DNA of 64,000 nucleotides from Candidatus Latescibacterota bacterium (lineage in GTDB: Bacteria > Latescibacterota > UBA2968 > UBA8231), in NCBI GenBank assembly GCA_965197905.1, contig CBDAOB010000004.1, forward strand, positions 128,001 through 192,000, read 5' to 3'. The position numbers and the translations under genes were made by a program. This document shows positions 31,779 through 42,385 of the stretch, piece after piece. Numbering within the stretch: position 1 is the stretch's first letter; each line of letters opens with the position of its first letter. The notes beneath the pieces are model-generated. The model was not told the DNA's origin and searched no databases. It worked only from the letters and a program-made list of their open reading frames with translations.

Positions 31779-34017
31779 CTATGAATGCCCGCCGCCCACC
31801 GCCATAACCGCCGTTGTAACCTGTTGTGTTTCCACCAATCGATGAAATAATCCCTCGCGCTGCATCAGCTCCTCGTGGCTGCCCACCTCGGCGACCATTC
31901 CGTCGTCCAGAACAACGATGCGATCGGCTGATCGCAACGTGGACAACCTGTGGGCGATCGCAAAGGTGGTGCGCCCCTTCGTCAGGTTGGCGATCGCTTC
32001 TTGTATCTTCTTTTCGGTGGGTGTGTCGAGCGAGGAGGTCGCTTCATCGAGAATAAGAATCCGCGGATCGTGGAGGATAGCGCGGGCGATTGCGATGCGC
32101 TGCTTCTCGCCGCCCGACAGCTTGTTTCCCTGTTCGCCAACCAGCATATCGTAGCCGTCAGGCATCTTTACTGCAAACTCGTGCGCATTCGCGGCTCGCG
32201 ACGCGCGCAGGATTTCCTCAAAGGAGGAACCGGGCTTTCCGTAGCCAATGTTTTCGGCGATGGTTCCGTTGAACAGAAACGACTGCTGCGCAACGAGGCC
32301 GATCTGATGACGCAGATCCTCAAGCTTCATGTCCCGAATGTCGACACCATCCACCTCAATCGCGCCGCGGGTCACGTCGTAGAATCTGCAGATCAAGTTT
32401 ATGAAGGTGGTCTTGCCGGCCCCCGATTTGCCAACGAGGCCGATCATCTCACCCGCGGACACCTCGAGCTCCACGTCCTTGAGGACCGGTTTTCCCGGAT
32501 CGTATCCGAAGCTGGCGTCTCCGAACCGCACGCTCCCGCTCAGATTCGGCATCGCCCGGGCTTGCGGATCGTCGAACGGTTCCGGTCGCCCATCGATGAC
32601 TTCGAATATGCGCTCGGCGCCGGCATAGGCGCGCATCATAAAACCGTAGAAGTCCCCAAACCATTTCAGCGGCTGATACAGCATCCATATGTAGGTGACG
32701 AACGCCATCAGCTCGCCCAGCGTGAGCTGGTTCCCCAAGATCTGCCGCCCCCCGAAGTACCAAACGAAGAAAACCCCAAAACTCATGAAAAAGTTGGTGA
32801 TCATGAAGAACATCACCCAGCTCCGCTCCGCTCCCACCAATACCTCTCGCAGCTCGTCGCTGTGACGGTCGAATCGGTCGCCTTCGCGACCCTCCTGAGC
32901 GAACGCCTTCACCACGCGAATGCCGCGAATCGACTCGTTCAGGTGGGAAGAGAGGCGCGACCACTTGACCGAGTAACGTCGCCAGTACGCTTCCAATCGG
33001 CTCCAAACCAAGCGGCCTCCGAGAATGATCGGGGGGATCGGAAGCAGCACGTAAAGAGTGAGCTCCCAGTTCATGTATATCAAGAGGCCAAGGATACCGG
33101 TGAGCATCAACGCATTGGAAACGATGAAAGGGATGTCGAACACCAGGTAGATCTCTACCAAGTCCGAATCGTTGCTCATGCGGGAAACCAGCGCGCCCAC
33201 CTTGCGCTTGTCGTGGAATCGGAGAGGCAGGAACTGCAACGACCGATACAGATCCGCCCGCATTTCCTCCGAGGTTCGCAGACCGATCCAGGTGCCCAAC
33301 CAGTTGCGGCCCATCCCGGCTGCCCAAACGAAAATACCCACAGCCAGAAGCCCGAGAACCAGCCAGGGTAGCAGCGACGGATCCGAAGGGCCTCAATACG
33401 TCGTCGATCAGACGTTTGGTTATCAGCGGCGGGACCAGTTCGGCAAGTGTGCTCACAAGGGTCAGGGAGATCAGCATAGCAACGCGGACCCAGTAAGGAG
33501 CCATATAACCCACCAGGCGCCGCAAGGTGTCCAGCTTGCGCGTGCAGGCCGGGCATTTGCCATCCTTCTCCGGCAGAACGCGACCGCACTTGATGCAGTG
33601 GCTGCGTTCCAACCACGTGGCCAGCGCCAGCGGTTTGTCGGCCTTGAGTTGATTGATGCCTTCGGCCACCTCGGAGAACTTGGGCGCGAGGGTGCTGGAG
33701 AAGTAGACTCTGACCGGCTCACGTCCGCTCCGCTCGACCTCCAGGTGACCGCCGCCAACCATCGGCTCAAACCTCGCCGTGCGGATCCCCGCCATGGGGA
33801 TGCTGACGGTTCCGTCGACACCTGGTCCGCGCAGTACCAATAGCTGGCGGTCTGTGACCACGAGCCAGCGCTCGTCATACATCTCATGGTCGGCCATGTC
33901 GGTGGCCACCTGAATCAGAACGCGCTCTCCAACTCCGATCTCACGCCTCAGCTTGTCTCCCACAGATGGGGGGATGTGCTCAAGAAACGCGGTTTGCTCT
34001 GTATTGGTCACGGTCAT
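31779..34017 (-). pseudogene. ABC exporter (extra N-terminal domain + Zn ribbon + TMD + NBD), frameshifted near 33380
   Basis: N-part (frame of ORF 32449-34017) parallels the upstream paralog up to VLRPFG; C-part (31779-33341) carries TMD, GKSGAGKT, LSGGEKQR. Confidence 0.8.
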
Positions 34018-34020
34018 GGC

Positions 34021-36264
34021 TTATTCATGGATGGCGATTATCTGAGCAACTTCCTGTTGTAGCTCTACCAGATCCGCGAATGCCCCGCCGCGCTCCATCA
34101 GCTCGGCATGCGTTCCGACCTCGACGACCCTCCCATCGTCCATCACGACGAGTCGATCGGCGTTGCGTAGCGTGGAGAGACGGTGGGCGATGGCAAAGGT
34201 TGTGCGCCCGCGAATGAGGTGTGCAATGGCGTCTTGAATCTGCTTCTCCGTCTCTACGTCGACCGAAGAGGTGGCTTCGTCGAGGATAAGTACCCGCGGA
34301 TCGTGCAGGATGGCGCGGGCGATGGAGATTCTCTGTTTCTCTCCACCGGACAGGTTGTTTCCCTGATCACCCACCTGGGTGTCGTACCCGTCCGGCTTGG
34401 CCGCGATGAAGTTGTGCGCATGAGCGATCCTGGCCGCCTCCAATACCTCGCCAAAGGTGGCCTGGGGATTGCCGTAGCCAATGTTTTCAGCGATCGTCCC
34501 GCTGAACAGCACTGGTTCCTGCAGCACGATGCCAATCTGGCGCCTGAGATCTGGAAGGCGAATTTTTCGCAGGTCTACGCCGTCGATTTCTATCGCTCCG
34601 CGGTCTACGTCATAGAAACGGCAAGTCAGGTTTACGGTCGTCGTCTTGCCCACGCCAGAACGTCCGACCAGGCCGATCATCTCGCCTGCTTTGACGTCCA
34701 GGTCGATATCGTGCAGCACCGGCTTGCTTTTGTCGTATCCGAAACTCACCCCGCGAAAGGTCACCCGTCCTTCGATATCGGGCATGGCTACGGCGTCGGG
34801 ATCGGCGTAGGCTTCGGCTTCGGTGTCGATCACCTCGAAGATGCGCTCAGCCCCGGCGAAAGCTCGCGACATCCACGAATTGACGGCGCTGAACCAATGC
34901 AGCGGTCCGTATACCAGCCACATATACGAGTAGAACGCGAGCAGGGTTCCCAAAGTAAGGCGGCCCTGCAGCACCTCAGCGCCACCAAAGTACCAGACTA
35001 CCAGTACTCCGAATCCGGTCAGGAACGTGGCGGTTTCGAAAAAGATGCCGCGATTCAATTCGGTATCCACGCCAACCTGGCGCGCTCGAGCGTTGACGGC
35101 ATCAAACGATTCGATTTCGCGTTTCTCCTGGGCGAACGCCTTGACCACACGAATTCCCGAGAGCGATTCGTGCGTGCACTCGGTCAATTTCGACCAGGCG
35201 CGGTTCCACTTGCCAAAGAAGCGTCGCATCCGCTGCCAAAACACCCCGCCCCAGACCACGATGAACGGAACGGGCAGCAGCATGTACAGGCTCAGGTCTA
35301 CGCTCATCGAGAAGAGAAAAGCGAGAATACCCAGAATCGTCAGTACATTTATGATCAGGTAGGGCAACCCGTCCACCAGGAATTCCTGCAGGCCGCCCGT
35401 GTCCCGCGTCACTCGAGACATGAGGGCGCCGACCTTGCGTTTGTCGTAGAACTGGAGAGAGAGCATCTCGAGCTTGCGGTAGAGCTCTCTGCGGATGTCG
35501 GCCGTTACCTGGGCACCTAACCAAGCCACGACCCATCCGTGCGCCCATTCCGCGCTCCAGGCGACCAGGCGAATCCCGATCAACGCCAGCACCAGGATTC
35601 CCAGAAGGTTGAAGCGCTGGTCAAGAGCTAACGCGCCGCTGTCGACGGGCACGAAAACTTCGTCGACAACACGCTTGATGACCAACGCCGGTAGCAACTC
35701 GCAGACGGTGGCGACGATAGATGCCCCACCAAGAACCAGGACCTTGCCTCGGTACGGCATCATGTAGTTGGCGATGCGCCGCAAGGTAGCCAGCCGCGAG
35801 ATGCAGGCCGGACAGATTCCGTTTTTTTCCGGCAGAAGACGCGCGCACTTCTCGCAGCGGGTGCGATCGAGGGTCGTATTGATCGACAACGCCTCCGCGG
35901 TTCGCAACTGCTCGATGCCGCGCGCGACCTCCGAAATCTTCTCCGCCTCGGTCCCCGAATAGGGCACCTCAACCGTTGGTCCCGAAAACCGCTCTATTTC
36001 CAGCCGACCGCCACCAACCAATGGCTCGGTGCTAGCCGAACGAACGTCCCCAAGTGGCACGCGGTCCAGCTGCTCCAGGGTTCCATTTCGAGCAACGATC
36101 ACCTGCTTGTCGGTGACTGCCAGCCAATGAGCGCCGAAGCGACCGTCGACATCCAAATCGGTTGATACCAGGATCTGTATCTCCTCATCGGAGCCGACAG
36201 CTTCGGCAATCTCGGGCGCGCTGGTCCCGTCGATATGTTCGACTAGCTTTTCGGTTTCCGGCAT
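34021..36264 (-). CDS. ABC exporter with N-terminal extra domain and CxxC-CxxC zinc ribbon
   Basis: CEKC...CPAC, TMD, GRSGVGKT, LSGGEKQR, DEATSS, IAHRLST. Confidence 0.92.
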   Translation of the reverse strand: MPETEKLVEHIDGTSAPEIAEAVGSDEEIQILVSTDLDVDGRFGAHWLAVTDKQVIVARNGTLEQLDRVPLGDVRSASTEPLVGGGRLEIERFSGPTVEVPYSGTEAEKISEVARGIEQLRTAEALSINTTLDRTRCEKCARLLPEKNGICPACISRLATLRRIANYMMPYRGKVLVLGGASIVATVCELLPALVIKRVVDEVFVPVDSGALALDQRFNLLGILVLALIGIRLVAWSAEWAHGWVVAWLGAQVTADIRRELYRKLEMLSLQFYDKRKVGALMSRVTRDTGGLQEFLVDGLPYLIINVLTILGILAFLFSMSVDLSLYMLLPVPFIVVWGGVFWQRMRRFFGKWNRAWSKLTECTHESLSGIRVVKAFAQEKREIESFDAVNARARQVGVDTELNRGIFFETATFLTGFGVLVVWYFGGAEVLQGRLTLGTLLAFYSYMWLVYGPLHWFSAVNSWMSRAFAGAERIFEVIDTEAEAYADPDAVAMPDIEGRVTFRGVSFGYDKSKPVLHDIDLDVKAGEMIGLVGRSGVGKTTTVNLTCRFYDVDRGAIEIDGVDLRKIRLPDLRRQIGIVLQEPVLFSGTIAENIGYGNPQATFGEVLEAARIAHAHNFIAAKPDGYDTQVGDQGNNLSGGEKQRISIARAILHDPRVLILDEATSSVDVETEKQIQDAIAHLIRGRTTFAIAHRLSTLRNADRLVVMDDGRVVEVGTHAELMERGGAFADLVELQQEVAQIIAIHE

Positions 36265-36284
36265 CTAACGTCTCAGATTATCCT

Positions 36285-36488
36285 TTAGTTTAGGTCGATG
36301 AACTCGTCCATATCAAGACCTAGTCGTCGAGGACGTCGATGGCGTCGGGAATGGGGCGTCTCGATTCCGTACTGCCGGCACAGCCGACCAAAGGTGCCGG
36401 CGGCGATCCCCAGGGCCCTACTGGCGTCCTGGTTGCTGGCGTAAAGACGAGCGGCGCGTTCGATGCGCTCGCGGGCGATCTTTTCCAC
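36285..36488 (-). CDS. Small Fis-like HTH protein
   Basis: NQDASRALGIAAGTFGRLCRQYGI helix-turn-helix pattern; GTG start after AAAGGAGG RBS. Confidence 0.7.
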   Translation of the reverse strand: MEKIARERIERAARLYASNQDASRALGIAAGTFGRLCRQYGIETPHSRRHRRPRRLGLDMDEFIDLN

Positions 36489-36518
36489 AGCTTCCTCCTT
36501 TCGAAACCTGCGGTTAAC

Positions 36519-36559
36519 AAAAAAAAGGCTGCAAACTCGGTCGATCTGAGTCTGCAGCC
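36519..36559 (-). terminator. Intrinsic terminator 2 in leader of HTH-ABC operon
   Basis: Minus strand GGCTGCAGACTC...GAGTTTGCAGCC followed by T8. Confidence 0.75.
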
Positions 36560-36560
36560 C

Positions 36561-36590
36561 AAAAAAAACCGCGGGGAAATTTCCCGCGGT
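36561..36590 (-). terminator. Intrinsic terminator 1 in leader of HTH-ABC operon
   Basis: Minus strand ACCGCGGGAA-AT-TTCCCCGCGGT followed by T run. Confidence 0.75.
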
Positions 36591-36931
36591 CTCGAATCCA
36601 ACTTTTGATTCGCTTAACCTCCGGGATCGTTCCAGGCTGCAGCGCGGGTCGCCAATACCCGCTTTGCGTCGACCTTTTGTGTAATCTGATTGTGATGGGG
36701 GCCTACCAGACGGGATTCACACATTCTTGCCCCCGCCGGAGTCACGAAACCCCATTTAGACATTGCGCATTTACGCATGCCGCCCGGCAGGGCAACGGAC
36801 TTCGGCTGTCCGCGAAACCGCTTTATCAGGCCCGAATTCATCGTTAGCATTCTGGTGTATGGATTAGTCGCATCATATTCAGTTGCCAATATTGGTGCTC
36901 ATTTCAACATATTGCTTGTCAGCACTGTGAA

Positions 36932-36961
36932 AAGGTAAAAGCGGTTTTTGAACAATGTCAA
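36932..36961 (-). promoter_or_regulatory. Sigma70-like promoter driving the long leader
   Basis: Minus strand TTGACA-N18-TACCTT. Confidence 0.45.
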
Positions 36962-37041
36962 GATCAAAAGCCGTTTTTTTCGGCGACAGGCCGATTTGCC
37001 ACAGATTTCCAACTTAGCTCCTCTTCGTATATTACCACTCC

Positions 37042-37860
37042 ATGTCCTCAACTCCATCTGCGGCAGCTGCCCCCAACGAAAAAAGCCGAACCGACCCGGA
37101 CCAGATCGATGCGTCCAATAGTCAGCTAGCGGCTTATATAAATGAAATCGCCTTCGAGACCATGGAGATGGGCGATCTTCTGAAGTGGGCGGATGAGGCT
37201 TTCCCGGGAAGGGCAGTGATCAGCACCAGCCTGCAGCGCACCGGCATTGTTTTGCTTCACCTGGCGTCGGAGCTCGGTTTGAGCCTTCGCGTCGCCACCG
37301 TGGATACCTGGAGGTTACATCGCGAAACCCACGAGTTCCTGGAACAGATCGAAAAACGCTACGGATGCGATGTGGAGCGCATCGTGCCTAATGCAGAGCA
37401 AGTAAATAGCATGATCGAACGTTTTGGTGAGTACCTCTTTTTCGATTCGAAAGAAAAGCAGGAGTACTGCTGTCAGGTGCGGAAGACCCGGCCTCACCAC
37501 GAGCTACTGACAACAGCCGACTGCTGGATTGCCGGCGTCCGGCGAGATCAGTCCAGCTATCGGGCAACGAATACACCCAAGGCGAGTCTGGTGCCGGAGT
37601 ACGCTACCCGCCGGCAGATCTTGAAGCTCAATCCTCTGGCTGACTGGACCGAACAGCGTTTGCTCCGGTTCGTCGAGGCGAACGGGATTCCCGAGCACCC
37701 TCTATACGCGAAAGGGTACACGAGCATTGGTTGTTTTATATGCTCGACGCCGGCGGTCGCGGGGGAAGACCAGCGTGTTGGTCGCTGGCGCTGGTTCAAT
37801 CAGAAGAATCGCGAGTTGGAAGAGGACGCGAAGGAATGCGGACTGCATTACAACATCTGA
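37042..37860 (+). CDS. cysH: APS/PAPS reductase (Fe-S type motifs)
   Basis: CCQVRK, GVRRDQS, NPLADW, YTSIGCFIC, GRWRW, ECGLH. Confidence 0.9.
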   Translation: MSSTPSAAAAPNEKSRTDPDQIDASNSQLAAYINEIAFETMEMGDLLKWADEAFPGRAVISTSLQRTGIVLLHLASELGLSLRVATVDTWRLHRETHEFLEQIEKRYGCDVERIVPNAEQVNSMIERFGEYLFFDSKEKQEYCCQVRKTRPHHELLTTADCWIAGVRRDQSSYRATNTPKASLVPEYATRRQILKLNPLADWTEQRLLRFVEANGIPEHPLYAKGYTSIGCFICSTPAVAGEDQRVGRWRWFNQKNRELEEDAKECGLHYNI

Positions 37861-37896
37861 CGCGGAAGGACCGTCGATTCTCGTCAGATAAAGGCC

Positions 37897-39282
37897 TCAC
37901 TGAAAGCGCGCACACCTTTTGAACTGCTGTGCTCGGTCCTCGTAGTTGGCGAACAACCCGAAACTGGCGCACCCTGGAGAGAGTAATATCACGTCACCCG
38001 GGCGCGCGTGACGCTCCGCGGCGGCGACCGCCCATTCCATCGAATCGCCTCTTTCCAAAATCAGGTCCGATCTTACGGCTGAGTCCTTCATTGCGCGCAC
38101 GATCGATTCTGCCTCGTCGCCCAAAAGTAGCACCGCTTTCACGTTGCTTGCCGCCACTGCTTCGCCAAGAGCCGCGAAGTCGGAGCCCTTCCCAGAGCCG
38201 CCCGCGATCAGCTGTAGCGGCTCGGTAAAACACCGGACCGCGGCGGCAGCGGCCTCAGGTGTGGTGGCGGCAGAGTCGTCCACGTATACGATACCGTTGC
38301 GTGTGCCGATCTGCTGTAACCGGTGCGGCAAGCCGGAGAAACTCCGCAGAGAATCAGCGATCGATTCGACGGAAGCACCGAGGATGCTCGCAGTGGCAGC
38401 CGCCGCGAGGCTGTTTTTCAGGTTGTGAGCACCTCTTAAAGAGAGATCGTGCAGGCCGCACAGCTCTACGTTCTCTCCTTCGCGGTCCACGAAGAGGGAC
38501 TCACCTTCGACCCACGTCCCGGTCGGGACCTCGCGGGAGGTGCTGAACCACACCTTCTCCGCCGGGCTCGAGTCGACCAGGCGTCGTGCCGATGAGCTCT
38601 CGAGATCGGCGATCACCCGATCTTTTGGTCCTTGGAAGCGACATATCGATCCCTTGGCGTTTACGTACTCCTCCGCGTCTGCGTGGTAATCCAGATGGTC
38701 TTGAGTAATGTCGAGAACGACTGCTGTCTGGGGGCTGGAACGAAGATCGTGAAGCTGAAAGCTGGACAGCTCCAGAACTATCCGATCGCCAGGTTCGACT
38801 TGCTCGAGGAATCTGATCGGAGGCACGCCAATGTTGCCTCCCAGATGGGTGGTGCCGTCTCCTTCTTTGTGGAGGATGTCAGCGAGCAGGGCAGCGGTAG
38901 TTCCCTTGCCCTTTGTTCCAGTAATGCCAACTACCGCTGCGGGGCACAGATCGAGGAACAACTGGGTCTGGCTCGAAACGTAGACGCCTGCGTTGCGGGC
39001 CGCTTCGATTTCCGGTCTGAGGGTATTGATTCCTGGGGTGCGAAAGATCCAGTCGAAGTCTGTCAGGGCTTCGAGGTATCGGGGCCCGATGCGCCAGGTG
39101 TGAACGCATGGATTCCATTCAGCTCGATTCTGGATAACATCAAGCTTGCCGCCGTCACACACCGAAAAATCGAACCCTTGGGCGCAAAGGAATCGGCCCA
39201 ACGCGCGGTTCTCCTTTCCGAACCCCAGCAGTGCGATTCGCGAGTCTCTCAGTTGTTCGAGTGATTGGTTTCTCGGCGACAA
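37897..39282 (-). CDS. murD: UDP-N-acetylmuramoyl-L-alanine-D-glutamate ligase (start approximate)
   Basis: GITGTKGKGTT, GGNIG, ELSSFQL, DHLDYH, LPHRL, DDSAAT, LLSPGCAS. Confidence 0.92.
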   Translation of the reverse strand: MSPRNQSLEQLRDSRIALLGFGKENRALGRFLCAQGFDFSVCDGGKLDVIQNRAEWNPCVHTWRIGPRYLEALTDFDWIFRTPGINTLRPEIEAARNAGVYVSSQTQLFLDLCPAAVVGITGTKGKGTTAALLADILHKEGDGTTHLGGNIGVPPIRFLEQVEPGDRIVLELSSFQLHDLRSSPQTAVVLDITQDHLDYHADAEEYVNAKGSICRFQGPKDRVIADLESSSARRLVDSSPAEKVWFSTSREVPTGTWVEGESLFVDREGENVELCGLHDLSLRGAHNLKNSLAAAATASILGASVESIADSLRSFSGLPHRLQQIGTRNGIVYVDDSAATTPEAAAAAVRCFTEPLQLIAGGSGKGSDFAALGEAVAASNVKAVLLLGDEAESIVRAMKDSAVRSDLILERGDSMEWAVAAAERHARPGDVILLSPGCASFGLFANYEDRAQQFKRCARFQ

Positions 39283-39466
39283 TTTGCTCTCGTAACGTAG
39301 CTTGAATGACCTATTTCCTACGCGTATATTGGGCGCGGCGTGCTCCCCTCCTTCTCCAAAACATAAAGATGTGTAATAACCGACGGAAAAACAGCACAAT
39401 CCGCGCTCCCATTCATCGGTGCGAGTGCTCCCCTGTGCATCCCGCTCAGCAGATTGAAGATGGCAT

Positions 39467-40285
39467 ATGCCCAAGCTAAAAGAGCTCAACGCGGTTGTCA
39501 CTCAAAAGGTCGAGATCGCGCCGGGACTGGCAATCTTTCGCGTCGTTCCCGATGGGTGGAGCTTGGCGGATTTTGCCCCCGGTCAGTTCGCCGCGGTCGG
39601 CTTGCCCGAATCCGTCCCACGCTGTGCCGCTGCCGAACCCGAGGCGAATCCAGAGCCGGAGGGCACCATGATACAGCGCGCCTATTCCATCGCCTCGTCG
39701 CCGTCGTCCAAAGAGCATCTGGATTTATACATCATTTTGGTTCCAGAGGGGTGTCTAACCCCCCGGCTGTTCCAGCTGGAGATGGGAGGCCGCATTTGGT
39801 TGTCTCCGAAGATTACGGGGAAGTTCACAATTGACGGGATCCCGTCGGAAGCGAATCTGGTGCTCGCCTGCACCGGTACGGGGATCGCGCCGTATATCAG
39901 CATGGTGCGCACCTACCTCGCCCCGGACATGCAACGAAAGCTGGCCATCATACACGGGGTTCGGCATTCGTGGGAGCTGGGATACGACTCAGAGCTTATG
40001 GCTTTGCAACGTATCGCTCCCGGGTTTGCCTACATCCCGACCGTGAGCAGGGCCCATCTGGAGCACACCGAGTGGAAAGGCGACACCGGGTACGTGCAGC
40101 ACATCTGGGAGAAAGGCATACTCGACGAAGCTTGGGGATTTCATCCCACGCCGGCCGATACGCACATTTTGATGTGCGGCAATCCGGGCATGATCGAGGA
40201 TATGGAGACGATTATCAAAGCCGAGGGGTTCGAAGAGCATACCTCAAGATCCCCGGGACAGTACCATGTTGAAAAGTACTGGTAA
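39467..40285 (+). CDS. fpr: Ferredoxin-NADP(+) reductase
   Basis: GQF, RAYSIAS, TGTGIAPY, CGNPGMI, terminal EKYW. Confidence 0.88.
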   Translation: MPKLKELNAVVTQKVEIAPGLAIFRVVPDGWSLADFAPGQFAAVGLPESVPRCAAAEPEANPEPEGTMIQRAYSIASSPSSKEHLDLYIILVPEGCLTPRLFQLEMGGRIWLSPKITGKFTIDGIPSEANLVLACTGTGIAPYISMVRTYLAPDMQRKLAIIHGVRHSWELGYDSELMALQRIAPGFAYIPTVSRAHLEHTEWKGDTGYVQHIWEKGILDEAWGFHPTPADTHILMCGNPGMIEDMETIIKAEGFEEHTSRSPGQYHVEKYW

Positions 40286-40306
40286 CACCCTGACCGGTCG
40301 ACAGCC

Positions 40307-41275
40307 ATGAAATTGATCGTACAGATCCCCTGCTTGAACGAAGCAGACACCCTCGCCGATACGGTAAAGGATATTCCGCGAGCCATCGAGGGCATCGATC
40401 AGGTAGAGATCCTGGTCATCGACGACGGCTCCACGGACAATACGGAGCGGGTGGCTCGTGATGCCGGCGTCGACCACGTCATACGTTTTCCGCGAAATCG
40501 GGGATTGGGGTACGCGTTTAAAGCGGGCTTCGACACTTGTCTGAAACTGGGGGCCGACATCATCATCAACACCGATGGAGACAACCAGTACTTTGGTGGC
40601 GACGTGCCCGCGCTTGTGAAACCGATTGTAGAGGGTCGGGCCGATCTGGTTATCGGGGACCGGCAAACCGGATCCATCGGCCACTTCTCGCCTTTGAAGC
40701 GGTATCTGCAGAGCGTCGGCAGTCGCACCATCAGTCGCATGGCGACGCTCTCCGTACCCGATGTAGCGAGCGGCTTTCGCGCTTTCAGCCGAGAGGCCGC
40801 CCTCAGGCTCTCGACCTTCACCGACTTCGATCACACCGCCGAGCATGTGGTGGAGTCGGGTCAGAATCGGTTTGCGGTCCTCAGCGTTCCGGTGCGCACC
40901 AATCCGAAAGCCCGGGAATCACGTCTGTTCTCCAATCTGGGCGAATTCGTTTTCCGCTCGGGGATCATCAGTCTCCGCACCTATGCCCGCTACAAGGCGC
41001 TGAAGATCTTCACGCTGTTCGGCGCCTTCACGTTCGTTCTCGGCGCCCTTCTCGGGGTGCGTTTCCTCTACTATTTCTTCTTCACCGCCGAGGGCGAGCT
41101 TCATATCCAGTCGGTAATTCTTGGTGCCGTTCTGCTGCTTGCCGGGTTCCAAATGTTTCTGACCGGTATCGTTGCCGATCTGATCGCCACCAATCGCAGT
41201 CTTATGGAGGAGACTCTGACGCGCGTTCGCAAGGTGGAGCTGGATCTGATCTCCAGGGACGCTGGTAGCCGGTAA
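40307..41275 (+). CDS. GT2 glycosyltransferase (DPM1-like) with C-terminal TM helices
   Basis: IPCLNEA, IDDGSTD, NTDGDNQY, DVASGFRA. Confidence 0.9.
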   Translation: MKLIVQIPCLNEADTLADTVKDIPRAIEGIDQVEILVIDDGSTDNTERVARDAGVDHVIRFPRNRGLGYAFKAGFDTCLKLGADIIINTDGDNQYFGGDVPALVKPIVEGRADLVIGDRQTGSIGHFSPLKRYLQSVGSRTISRMATLSVPDVASGFRAFSREAALRLSTFTDFDHTAEHVVESGQNRFAVLSVPVRTNPKARESRLFSNLGEFVFRSGIISLRTYARYKALKIFTLFGAFTFVLGALLGVRFLYYFFFTAEGELHIQSVILGAVLLLAGFQMFLTGIVADLIATNRSLMEETLTRVRKVELDLISRDAGSR

Positions 41276-41297
41276 CGGCTTGCGAGCGCTGCCCTTT

Positions 41298-42241
41298 CTA
41301 TTCTCCGCCGCACCGCAAGCGCTTCGGCGCGCGGCAGTAGATCTCGCACCAACGCCCGGAACCGGGGTGAGTGAATCCGACGTATCGAGCATGCAGGTGA
41401 TACCCGCAATCGCCGGGTAGCGCCGGGCGATCGCCAGGATCCCGGTCTAGTGGCACGCCGCCTGCACCGTAGAGCGGATCGCCGACAAGGGGATACCCTG
41501 CCGCCGCCAGATGAATCCGAATTTGGTGGGGCCTGCCGGTGGGGATTTCCACTTCTAGGAGGGTCTGCCGAGCGGCCAAATCGCGGCGACAGACGCAGCA
41601 CTCGCTGCGCGCAGGAACGCCGGCCGTTGTCGCCGCGTAGAGCTTGTCGACGGGTCCGTAGGCCACGCGTCCAATGGGGCTTTCCACCGAAAAGTCGTTT
41701 GGCATATCGGTTCCGGCGACCAGGGCTCGGTAACATTTGCGAATGGAACCGGTGCGAAAGTCTCGAGAGAGGTCCCTTCTGGCGCGCGGGGAAGCGGCGA
41801 ACAAAACCAGGCCTGAGGTCCCACGGCCCAGCCGGTGAAGCGGGGCTAGGTGGCCTCCGAGCTTGAGACGAACCAGATGCAGCAAGGTCCGATTCAAGAA
41901 CTGACCACCGGGAAGAACGGGAAGTCCGGACGGTTTGATGGTGGCGATCAGATCGTCATCCGCATATGCTAACGCGAACTGGGAGGGAGCTTCGGGCTCT
42001 CGCCAAGGCGGGCGATGGTAACTGAGCTTCTGCCCGGTGCAAACCACAGCCTCCCCCTGGTCGTGGGTCGATCGTCCAGTCTAACGAGACCGGTGGCGAC
42101 GCGCTCACTCCAGGTATCGCGGGAGGAGTGGGGGTAGCGTTGGGTATAGAAATCGAGGACGGCGATGCCTGCCGAATCCCCGGAAATGCGATCGACATAG
42201 GTCCATCCCTGATTCCGGTCTGCCCTACTCTCCGATTCCAT
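41298..42241 (-). pseudogene. RluA-family RNA pseudouridine synthase, frameshifted near 42050
   Basis: C-part has KPSGL, HRLGRGTSG (the usual catalytic Asp of HRLD reads as Gly), TGRPHQIR; N-part lies in ORF 41969-42241 in another frame. Confidence 0.75.
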
Positions 42242-42269
42242 CTCTTAAATCTACTCTCGTCTCGGGAGA

Positions 42270-42298
42270 TTGACACAAACCTGCTGAATATTTATTAT
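42270..42298 (+). promoter_or_regulatory. Host sigma70 promoter (probable original argC promoter) just left of the IS
   Basis: TTGACA-N17-TATTAT; overlaps ARG-box-like TGAATATTTATT. Confidence 0.55.
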
Positions 42299-42324
42299 AA
42301 TAAATAATTATCGGAACTATCTAC

Positions 42325-42353
42325 TTGACAAAGCAGCCCATAAGTAGTATATT
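42325..42353 (+). promoter_or_regulatory. Inward transposase promoter overlapping IRL
   Basis: TTGACA-N17-TATATT. Confidence 0.6.
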
Positions 42354-42385
42354 AACAAGTAGAAAGATTGAAAAAGGGGCTGAAA

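Noticed and set aside
36661..36670. GACGCAAAGC (minus strand) resembling the c-di-GMP-I riboswitch core
   Set aside because: The upstream GGCAAAC and GNRA-capped P2 stem are absent.
36615..36740. Fragments resembling the c-di-AMP (ydaO) riboswitch (GCGGGGG...GTGAATCC...GGTAGG...CCGGAGG)
   Set aside because: The conserved CAGCTAAC segment and 5' GCxGAATC are missing and spacing is off; not callable without a covariance-model search.
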